This document shows positions 47,410 through 56,600 of a stretch of DNA of 61,309 bases, in pieces; position 1 is the stretch's first letter; every line of letters begins with the position of its first letter. Location of the stretch: the NCBI GenBank assembly GCA_964532995.1, contig CAZHJN010000004.1:1-61309 (forward strand), read 5' to 3'. The stretch comes from an uncultured bacterium. GTDB taxonomy: Bacteria > Ratteibacteria > UBA8468 > B48-G9 > DTJG01. The translations under genes and the position numbers were made by a program. A model generated the notes under the pieces. It ran no database searches. It was not told where the DNA came from and was given only the letters and a program-made list of their open reading frames with translations.

Positions 47410-50400
47410 TCATTCAGTGCTTATTCTTATTATGTCCACATCTTCAAGAATGGGTATTTCAATGGAGATAATGTTGTCATTTTTGAGATAATCCAAGCTG
47501 TCAGAATTCAGGGAATCAATCTTTTCAATTTTTTCATCACATTTCACATTGACAATTAATCTTTCAACAGGTTTTCCACTCGCATTATTCAAAAAGATAA
47601 GAATCCCTTCAGGAAAATCCATAATTTTTGTATAAATTCCAGGCGTTGAAAGAGTCATTGTTTTTTCAATTTTTAATTTATCCAGAATTTTGTTGATCAG
47701 GTATCTTTCTTTTTCTCCTTCTTCCAGTTTCTGTTGTTCAACTTTCAATTCCTGTTTCCAGTGCTCTCTAACATAGGATTCTCCAGCAAGAGCACCTATA
47801 AGAACAGTTTCACCTTTTCCGTATTTATTGTAAAAAATGGCTGGTTTTCCATCTTCATACCTGGTTAAGATCCTGCAGGTTACCGGGAGACAGTCAATCT
47901 TTAAACCCCACACCGCAATTTTTGTCTCATCTTTTGTTGTTTCATCCTGCAGTATAATATTGCCCATCTGCCTGTAAGCAAATTTACTCACGGCAGTGGA
48001 ATAAAAAGCAGCACTCCATTTAAGCCAGTCGTCCTGAAAAATCAGCTTCGATTGTCGTATTCCAAAAACCTTGTTTAATATATCACAGGGTTGGTTGAAT
48101 TCATCCCAGTTTCCAGCGCCGGCAATTGATATGAGTTTTCCTCCATGAAAAACCCAGTCAACAATTTTTTCCTGTACATCCCGTTTGATGTTAGGATCAG
48201 TGATTATGAGAACCCGATAATCTTTAAGGATATTTTCTTCGGTGATGTCCTGTTCTGAAACAATATCAACATCATGATAGCAGTGTTTCAAAAGTGCATA
48301 AACATTCTGTCTTTCCTGACAGAAGTAGAGTCCTTTTACCTGCATGAGATCTGATGTAAAGGCGATTAACTGCGCAATTTTCGCATTTCTTGGCTTCGAC
48401 GAATAGATATTATCCTCAAATTTTTTTATCTTTCTTGTGATATCCGCTGTTTCTTTAAGGGCTTTTTCTGAATCAGCCCAGGCAGGTCCAATGTTTCCAA
48501 TCGGTCCGTAGAGATAAAGATGATTTTCTTTAATACCCGATATCATATATGCAAAAAGCTTTGTTTTGATTGCTTCTCCTCCCACAAGATAACTTGCCAT
48601 TGGAAGATTCCATTTCCTTGAAGCTGCTTTCATAATGTCAGCACCCAGACAGATTCTTCCTATTCCGGCATCCCATCCATATACCCAGTCTTCCATCATA
48701 ATGCCTTCAAAAGCCCTGTTTCTGCCCAGTTCAAAGATATCAAGAGCGGCTGTATCCATATCGTTGTTATTTCCGATGAACGCAAACTGCATGGGTCCTG
48801 CCTGGAAATTCGGTGCGATCAATTTCATATCAGGAAAATATTTTCTTATTGCATCTGTCGCACTTTTATACCACATAACACTGAAATCATTGATGAATTT
48901 TTTTGTGTAATAAAACAATCGCGAGTATTCAATCTTATTCTCTTTAAGCTTTTCCCTGTCTGTTTCAGGATAAACCTGTTCCCATGAATTTTTTCCCAGC
49001 ATCTCCAGGGTTAATTTTTGATTTTTCAGATATTGCCTGAACTCTTCAAGCATCTGGACTGTATTTCTGATCTCCCTGGCATCTGTTGCCGGTCCAATCT
49101 CATCCCCGGTGTTAAAATGCTTTGCGGTTTTGAGGATAAAAGGCATTGTTTGAGAATATCTCTGTGCTATCTTTGAATAGTGATCATCAAAAACCCTTGA
49201 CCAGCGCTGTTTGCTTGTTTCACCTTCCAGGTAATCATATTTTTTTGAATACGCCTCTGAAGTGTATCTCCACATTCCTGCCCAGCCGGTGATCGTTGTA
49301 TCTATGATGTGATATTTCCTGAATAATTTTTCAAGTTCTTTTTCTTCCATGCCTGATGTTGTAACACAATTGATTCCAATATCAGAAAGTATTTTGAATT
49401 CTGTTTCCGCCCTTTCAGAAGAGGCTTCTCCAGCAATACCGAACCTGTATGGTATAAGCTGCATCCATGTACCGACTATCAGTTTTGACAGTCGAGGAGG
49501 ATCAGTTAAATTAAAGAATTTTATTTTTTCAAGTCTGTTTTTTGTATACTCAGTGAATGTTCCAAGTTCTTTCATTCCATCAAGCCCTGTTTTTGTCGGC
49601 ATTCGGACACATACAATCCCATCCACATCATATTTTCCTGTGCTGTAATTAATTCCAGCTTTATCAGGTTTTTCATCAACGACATGGAAAATAAAATCTT
49701 CTGATGGTTGTGTTGCAAATTCAAGATGAAGTATGATGTCTGGCTTCTTATTTTTTTCAGAAGGTTTTTCCGGAAAGACGATGAAGCATGTGAACCACTG
49801 TGCTGCTTTTGAAACCGGAAGTTCAACCCAGCATGAATATTCTCCCGCATTTATCCAGTCCGATTCATCAACAGGCGGATACCAGGCAATTGGTTTGCCC
49901 CAATCATTGATTCCCTGCCACATTCTGGGCTGCAAACCATATCTTGAAACAGTACCTGTTGCCAATCTTGCCGGTGTGTAAGGGTTTATTTCACTATCAA
50001 TCACAATGTTATATCTGTAATCTTTAGGCTGGTCAATCCTGAATCTTACCCAGACTCTTCCATCAAACTTTTCAGGGTTGTATTTTTCTAACCATTCTTT
50101 GATATTTTGTGGGGATTTTTTTTCAACTTTTATCTTACTTTCTTCAGCGCCGGCAGAAACAACAATTTTTTCCGGATTTAAATCAACCGGTTCTTTATCA
50201 AGAATTATTGCATTGCTCTGCGCCGGATTTCCATAATAGAGATAGAAAATTTTTCTTTTCTGCGCCGGTAATTCCTTTATATCAAACAAGATTGAGTTGC
50301 ATATTTTTTCTTTTTTACATAATTTCACTTCAGTAATACTTCCTGATTCATCCGCAAGTACCATATCGCTGGCATCTGATTTTATTTTTCCTGTTTCTAT

Positions 50401-50574
50401 CAGGAGATTGACCGGACAGTTAAGAACAACAGTGATTTCGTTAAATTCCTGCTGGCTGAGATTTTTTACCTGGATAACAGCTCTGTATTTATAATCAGAA
50501 TACCAGTTTTTCTGCGCGCCGGAAACACAGTGCACAACAAGCACAGCTGATATCGAAAATCTTAATAATTTCAT
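47410..50574 (-). CDS. Secreted multidomain glycoside-hydrolase-like protein with beta-galactosidase trimerisation domain (paralog of 8095-11124)
   Basis: Signal peptide; WYSDYKYR...YLYYGNP DUF2341-like N-terminus; NTGDEI, MMEDW, YLYGP; C-terminal VDIVSE/LKDYRVL/NKYGKG. Confidence 0.78.
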   Translation of the reverse strand: MKLLRFSISAVLVVHCVSGAQKNWYSDYKYRAVIQVKNLSQQEFNEITVVLNCPVNLLIETGKIKSDASDMVLADESGSITEVKLCKKEKICNSILFDIKELPAQKRKIFYLYYGNPAQSNAIILDKEPVDLNPEKIVVSAGAEESKIKVEKKSPQNIKEWLEKYNPEKFDGRVWVRFRIDQPKDYRYNIVIDSEINPYTPARLATGTVSRYGLQPRMWQGINDWGKPIAWYPPVDESDWINAGEYSCWVELPVSKAAQWFTCFIVFPEKPSEKNKKPDIILHLEFATQPSEDFIFHVVDEKPDKAGINYSTGKYDVDGIVCVRMPTKTGLDGMKELGTFTEYTKNRLEKIKFFNLTDPPRLSKLIVGTWMQLIPYRFGIAGEASSERAETEFKILSDIGINCVTTSGMEEKELEKLFRKYHIIDTTITGWAGMWRYTSEAYSKKYDYLEGETSKQRWSRVFDDHYSKIAQRYSQTMPFILKTAKHFNTGDEIGPATDAREIRNTVQMLEEFRQYLKNQKLTLEMLGKNSWEQVYPETDREKLKENKIEYSRLFYYTKKFINDFSVMWYKSATDAIRKYFPDMKLIAPNFQAGPMQFAFIGNNNDMDTAALDIFELGRNRAFEGIMMEDWVYGWDAGIGRICLGADIMKAASRKWNLPMASYLVGGEAIKTKLFAYMISGIKENHLYLYGPIGNIGPAWADSEKALKETADITRKIKKFEDNIYSSKPRNAKIAQLIAFTSDLMQVKGLYFCQERQNVYALLKHCYHDVDIVSEQDITEENILKDYRVLIITDPNIKRDVQEKIVDWVFHGGKLISIAGAGNWDEFNQPCDILNKVFGIRQSKLIFQDDWLKWSAAFYSTAVSKFAYRQMGNIILQDETTKDETKIAVWGLKIDCLPVTCRILTRYEDGKPAIFYNKYGKGETVLIGALAGESYVREHWKQELKVEQQKLEEGEKERYLINKILDKLKIEKTMTLSTPGIYTKIMDFPEGILIFLNNASGKPVERLIVNVKCDEKIEKIDSLNSDSLDYLKNDNIISIEIPILEDVDIIRISTE

Positions 50575-50666
50575 TATCGTTCGTTTTTGACATTCCACCC
50601 GATCATTTTATAATAAACCAAAAGAATAAAATTTTTCAGCAAGAGCAAAAAAATAAAAGTGCGAAA

Positions 50667-51773
50667 TTGACAAGAAAAGAACTGAACATTTCAATCTTTG
50701 AAGGCAGAGCAAAAAGCGTCCTGTGGCAACCCAGGCTGGAAACCTGGATTCTTTTCCACAGGGCAAAGGGTTCATTACCTGAAAGGTTTGAAAATCTGAC
50801 GAACTTTGAAATCTACGATAAACTGGGCTGTTCAGTTAGATATGGTGCAAGCGCCGGTCTTGCATATTATTACAGCTGTCAAACTGAAACCTTTGAACGC
50901 AGGATCGATGAAAACCATGTGGAGATTGTAATAAGAACTGAAAAAGGTACCCTGAAAACAATCTCCCAGATTGTGCCGGGTGGTATGGGTTATGGTGATA
51001 ACAGAAGAATTGTTGATTTTCCTGTTAAAACAGTTGAAGAGCTGAAAATACTTACGTACCTTATTAATCATTTTAACGCGGTCGCGGTCCCGGAACTTTT
51101 CGTTGAAGCAGCCAGCAATGTTGGTAAAAGGGCTGAACCGACGGTTTTTCTTCAGAGTACCGGTTTTACTGACCTGATCAAAAGACATGCCGGGCTGCTG
51201 AATACATATTATCTTTTGAACGATTATCCTGTTGAATTTGAAGAATACATTGAAGCCTGTAATGAAAAGGATTTGCGGGTGGCAAAGGAAGCTCTTAAAC
51301 TTCCATGCAGAATCTTCAACCTTGGAGACCATGTAACAAATGAATTTACACCTCCGCCAATATTGAAAAAATATGTTATTCCAAGATGGAGAAAGATAAG
51401 CCAGATAATGACAGAAAATAATAGATTTGTCCACAGCCACTGGGATGGAAATTCAAGGTTGATCCTTCCATATCTGAGAGAATCCGGACTTCATGGCGTT
51501 GAAGCTTTAACTCCTGCACCAATGTGCGACATGACACTTGAGGAGATAAAAAGTGCAACAGAAGACATGGTGGTTCTTGATCTTATCCCCGCCATCTTTT
51601 TCCTTCCTTCATTTCCTCTTAAGGAGCTGCTTGCGTTTACAGAAAGGGTCATTGATATGTTCTGCGGTCGTTTGATACTCGGCGTTTCTGATGAGATTTC
51701 TCCGGTGGGTGAAATTGAAAGGATTGAAGCAATTTCAGAACTTGTTGACAGAAGATTTGGCCTGCCGGATTAA
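50667..51773 (+). CDS. UroD/MtaA-like TIM-barrel protein (H-x-D variant)
   Basis: Motifs FPVKTVEE, NLGDH, HSHWDG, GVEALTPAPMCDMTLEE, LILGVSDE. TTG start. Confidence 0.72.
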   Translation: MTRKELNISIFEGRAKSVLWQPRLETWILFHRAKGSLPERFENLTNFEIYDKLGCSVRYGASAGLAYYYSCQTETFERRIDENHVEIVIRTEKGTLKTISQIVPGGMGYGDNRRIVDFPVKTVEELKILTYLINHFNAVAVPELFVEAASNVGKRAEPTVFLQSTGFTDLIKRHAGLLNTYYLLNDYPVEFEEYIEACNEKDLRVAKEALKLPCRIFNLGDHVTNEFTPPPILKKYVIPRWRKISQIMTENNRFVHSHWDGNSRLILPYLRESGLHGVEALTPAPMCDMTLEEIKSATEDMVVLDLIPAIFFLPSFPLKELLAFTERVIDMFCGRLILGVSDEISPVGEIERIEAISELVDRRFGLPD

Positions 51774-51781
51774 GAACCAAA

Positions 51782-51834
51782 CCATGCTTGACATGGAAAT
51801 TACTTCGTGATAACGTTTATATGTACTTATAAGT
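51782..51834 (+). promoter_or_regulatory. Putative sigma70 promoter with GntR/AraR-like operator
   Basis: TTGACA (51788)-N17-TAACGT, then the imperfect palindrome ATGTACTTATAAGT (51821-51834). A CCATG-N5-CATGG dyad overlaps the -35 box. Confidence 0.6.
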
Positions 51835-51845
51835 TGAGGTGTGTT

Positions 51846-52973
51846 TTGATATTGTACAGACAGGTCAAAGAATATTTACTGAGGGAGATTGAAAAGAATA
51901 AAGAAGGCTCTATCCTTCCCAGTCAGAGCTTCCTGATGAAAAAATTTCATGTTTGCCATCTCACTGTTCGCAAAGCCCTGAAGGACCTTGAAAAAGAAGG
52001 TTTGATAGTCAGGAAACAGGGTAAGGGAACGTTCATCAGAAAAAAAATCTCAACCCGCTGTCCAAAAAGAATCCTTGTTGTAGTTCCTTCTGACTGGAAA
52101 AGTGATTGCTGGAACGCTGGTCCTTTCATGGAGAAACTTACAGATGAGGCTCTTGAAAGACAGATTCATATTTATATTTCACCTTTGGGGAAAAGCTATT
52201 ACGAGATCCTGAAACTTGTTGAATCTCAGAAATTCAATGGAGTCATATGGCTTATGCCATGGGAAAAAGACCTGCCTGTGATGAGAGAAATTTTTGAAAA
52301 AGGTTGTCATGTCATGGTGATAAACAGAATTTTTTCTGATCACAGATTCAGTTATATCAGCACAGACCACGAAATGGGCGCATATGAAGCAACAATGTAC
52401 CTGATTAATAAAGGACACAGAAGAATCGGGTTCGCAGGTTACATAAAGGTAAGCCATATTTTGCAGAGATACGCTGGTTTTCGTCGCGCTCTGGATGATT
52501 CGGGGATTGATCCATCAAAATCAGAAGTAGTAACAGCCTTCCTTGATAAAGCCCGAAAAAATCAGATTGAGGATTATCGGGAGGATTTCATCAGGATGCT
52601 TGCTGAATACAGACCAACAGCTATCTTTGTCTCGGGTGTTTCGGTCCTTCTGAATATGGTTTTGCCTGTTTTGAGAGAAAAGAAATTGCGCATACCTGAT
52701 GATCTGGAAATTTTTACCTATGATGAAATGAATAATGACATTCCAGAAAAGAGTATTATTCATGAACTGGCACAACCATTCTATGAGATGGGAAGGATTT
52801 CCATAGAAAAAATGGAATGTATTATAAAAAGGCACTGTGGTGCGATGAAAGTCATACTCAGGCCAGAATTATTGATAAAACAGGATAATGAAAATGTTTT
52901 AATACCAGTCAATCGAGGAGAAATGACGAAAGGAGGTGAGAAAAATGAAAAAGAAAGGATTTACTCTCATTGA
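51846..52973 (+). CDS. GntR-HTH plus LacI-type effector-domain transcriptional regulator (AraR-like)
   Basis: LYRQVK...LPSQ..L...[25 protein letters not shown]; D...[18 protein letters not shown]; LRIPDDL. GAGGTG RBS precedes TTG 51846/51852. Confidence 0.92.
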   Translation: MILYRQVKEYLLREIEKNKEGSILPSQSFLMKKFHVCHLTVRKALKDLEKEGLIVRKQGKGTFIRKKISTRCPKRILVVVPSDWKSDCWNAGPFMEKLTDEALERQIHIYISPLGKSYYEILKLVESQKFNGVIWLMPWEKDLPVMREIFEKGCHVMVINRIFSDHRFSYISTDHEMGAYEATMYLINKGHRRIGFAGYIKVSHILQRYAGFRRALDDSGIDPSKSEVVTAFLDKARKNQIEDYREDFIRMLAEYRPTAIFVSGVSVLLNMVLPVLREKKLRIPDDLEIFTYDEMNNDIPEKSIIHELAQPFYEMGRISIEKMECIIKRHCGAMKVILRPELLIKQDNENVLIPVNRGEMTKGGEKNEKERIYSH

Positions 52974-53628
52974 GCTTCTTGTTGTGATCGCGATCATAGC
53001 GATACTTGCAGCGATGCTATTGCCTGCGTTGAGCAAGGCAAGGGAAAAGGCAAGACAGGGTGTGTGTATGGGAAACCTGAAACAGCTGGGGCTTGCAATC
53101 TTCATGTATGCCAGTGATAACTACGGTTATCTTGTTCCTTTTAATGCTGGACCATCAAGCGATCCTTCACCTGTTGACTGGCGTACCATTGTAATCAGTT
53201 ATCTTGGAAGAACCTCAGGCACAACTCTCGGTTAGTCATTTTTCACATGCCCGACATTTAAAATTTTCTCCAATTATTATGGTATTTCAGTCCAGACCTC
53301 CTATGGCGTTAATTACCGAAATGGAGGCGGAAGAGACGCCAGATTCAGTTATGCAGGGAATTGTATGGTGAAACTTGACAGACTTCCAAAAACAACATGG
53401 CTGGTTGCTGATTCTTACAATAGTTATTGCCTTTCACCTTTACAATATTCTCCGGACAGGGATATTGACGGGGATGGTGTAAATGATTCCTGGAGCGTGG
53501 TTCTTCCCTCCTGGGTGCAATCTGGATTATGCTTCAGGCACAATGGTTTTGCAAATTTTGTTTTTGTTGATGGTTCAGTAAGACCATTGAAACCGAGAGA
53601 TTACTTCGGGAATAGTTCACTCTGGTAG
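52945..53628 (+). pseudogene. Prepilin-type (DUF1559-like, H-X9-DG) gene interrupted by an in-frame TAG at 53233-53235
   Basis: AGGAGGTG RBS; MKKKG|[32 protein letters not shown]. The frame stays open past the TAG through SFFTCP, SYGVN, WLVADS and RHNGFANFVFVDG. ORFs 52936..53235 and 53365..53628 are in the same frame. Confidence 0.88.
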
Positions 53629-53650
53629 CATTTTTTTAAGGGGGAAATAG

Positions 53651-56600
53651 ATGAGACCACGCATCAAGTGGGTGATTTTGTTATGCTTTTTATTTTTCTG
53701 TTATGTTCATTGTGATGGAAAAATCCTCACCCTGGTTGATGTTGATCAGGACGACGAACAGGAACTGGTTTTAGAAAACAATTATTGTAGGTTTGTTATC
53801 AAACCCTCTCTCGGGAAGATAAACTCTTTTATACTCAAGCCGGCAGGAATTGAAGTATTAAGGGACAGCGAAGGAAGAAAGAAAAGAGGTGCACTTCTGG
53901 CTGATTATATAGTCCAGCAGGGAAGTTTTGGAGATTACACAAATCAGCCGTACTCTTTTGAAATTCTTGAAAACTCAGATACAGGGGCAATCATCCGGCT
54001 TTCCCGTCGTGGACAGACAGACATTCTGAAATGGATTACAATCACAAAGACCATTACTGTGCTGGCTGACAATCCTGAAATCAAGGTTGATTACGAGGTT
54101 GCAAATGAGCAGGCTTCTATGGAGGACTATTACCTTGGTCTTGGCATACATAATGAGTTTGATAGCAGCCATGAGATTGTTTTTTCTCTTCCTCTTTCAA
54201 CAGGTGTACTTTACAAGAAGATGACACCACTGACAGCAAGTGGCACAGGACAGGGTTTTGACAATATCGCGAGAGGCTGGGCTGCAATATCTTTCGAAAC
54301 CTATGGTGGTATTGCTTTTTATCTTGACTACTCAAACCTCAAGGATTTTTATGAATGGCACAAGATGAGCCTGCGTTCTCTGGCATTTTCATTTCTTACA
54401 AAAAAGATAGAACCAGGCAAGTCCTTTAAGACCGGTTTTACAATTCTGCCATTTATGTCCCTTATCCAGGTTGACGGTGTACTTGAAAAATATGCTGGTT
54501 GGATAAGGTTAGAAGCAGTACCTGAAAAAGGGAAAAAGGTTCCTGTTCAGGTTATTTTGAGTCCGGGCAGTACTGCTGCGTTAAATCTTCTTGCGGTTTC
54601 TCCAGAAGGGAAGCAACAGTTGATCAGCGGTTCTCTGGTTGGGACAGATAGAAGCGGACCTCTGGTTTGGAAGGGAGAATTTATTCCTCAGGAAGAAGGC
54701 TTGTATATCTTGAAAGTTATTGTTCAGAGGGGAAACGAAAAAATCGGCGAATTTGAAAAACCCGTAAAGATTGGCGAAACAAACGAACAATATACTTTGA
54801 AACCATTAGTTCCAAAATCCGAAGAGGACAGAACCCTGGTAGCAAAAGTAATTCCCAGACCCGCGGCTTCAGGCACAAAAAAAACAGAAACATCTATTGA
54901 AGAAGGGCTTCCAGACGACATAAGACTTACAGCAGACATTAAAACCCCTCATACGCCATGGGCAAATCCATACTATCTTGGGAAAACAAAGGTTTTTTTC
55001 ATCACGCATACAAGTAAGGAGAGAGAAGTTATTGAAATGGCTGAAAGATGCAATATTGAGTTTTATCGTGCAACCCATGGCAATGTTTCCTGGAAGGTGC
55101 CGTGGCAGCTGGTTTCTTACTGGACACCATCTCTTTCTGCCCAGCACCAGAAAAAGATTCTTCAGCAACAGCCGCTGGATACAATACTGATCAGCGCTCC
55201 ATGGAACTCTCTTGAATCTGAAATACAGAAACTCATTCTTAAAAGAGTTGAAAATGGAACGGGTCTTGTTATTATTTCACCGAGAACAGAAAAAAACGTC
55301 AGATATGGATACGATTATCCCTTTACTTTCTCGGATGAAGAGGTAAGGAAATTCCCTGAGGGCCTGGCAGTTAACTCGGTGGGAGAATATGGAAGATGGA
55401 AAAAGGTAAAAGAACATTTCATAACCACGGGTATTCCTTTTGAGATGCTTTCATCGCCCTATTCTGTCCACAATCTCAACAGTGGTGCAGAGGTTCTTGC
55501 GGAAGTGGACGGCAGACCGCTGGTGGTAACCGGAGAATATGGCAGGGGCAGGGTTGTCTGTCTTAATTATAATGCCAGCGCCTATCAGCACAGGGGAATG
55601 GCATTTCTTCCTGAGATACATCCTTTCAATACCGGCTCAGGTATTGTAACCTGGAATCCTGACCATCCTTCTTTTCAATGGTGGGAATATGTGTGGAGTA
55701 TGGTTATTAAAGCAACACTCTGGGCATCAGGAAGAGAGCCGGAACTTTTGATTGAAAAGATTTATACTGACGGGAAAAACATATTGATGGATCTTGACAA
55801 TCAGAGGGCTACCGCACAGTTCAATTTTGACGTGACTGTAAAGGACCAGTTTTCAAAAGTCAAATTAAAAAAGATAGTTCCTTTATCTGTTACAAAGGGT
55901 AAGAGTAAAGTTGTGATTCCTGTTGAAAATGTTTCTGGCGGTGGAACCTATTTTGTGGATACAATCATAAGAGCAGGGGATCTTGTGGTTAACTGGGGTA
56001 CGACAATTTTATCCATACCCCAGACGAACCGGATAAAATTTTTAAAGCTGGACAAAGAGTTTTATATACCTACTGAAAATGCAGAGTTGGAAATTACCAT
56101 GGAAAAACCCCTGTTATCAGGAGACAATCTTTCGCTTTCCGCACTTATTTATGACAGCAGGGGTTATCTCTGGGAAGAAATAAAGCTTCGTGTGGAAGAC
56201 GGCGTTCAAAATATCAGATGCGAATTGCCATTGGTGAAGGTTCCAGCAGTGGCTTTTTATGTTTGTGTTCAGTTGAGACAGGATGAGAAAATCATTGATG
56301 AAAAGAAAACGAGGGCAATTGCTGGTCAAAAAAATAATGTGTGGGACGATTATATCTATGGACTTGAGATAGCAGCGGGTTCCATAAACTACTACCAGCC
56401 ATACTGGCTCGAAGAGTTAAGAAAAAATGGTGTCAATCTTCTTAAAACCAGCCGAATGAGAGGATCCGGTGGTCTGGGATATTATGTTGAATCCGGCTTG
56501 AAGATTGCTGACACAAGCAGAATCATAGACACATTTCTTCTTCATGGAAGGCAGGAAGAATATCAGAAACTCAAAACCAATTATTTCAGGACAGGAGACC

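Noticed and set aside
53233-53235. Genome-wide TAG reassignment (alternative genetic code)
   Set aside because: TAG ends several full-length genes at sensible positions (5644, 28167, 30699, 53628, 60634), and I saw no other gene in the window broken by TAG.
52945-53628. Diversity-generating retroelement acting on the pilin
   Set aside because: No reverse transcriptase and no near-identical template/variable repeat pair seen in the window.
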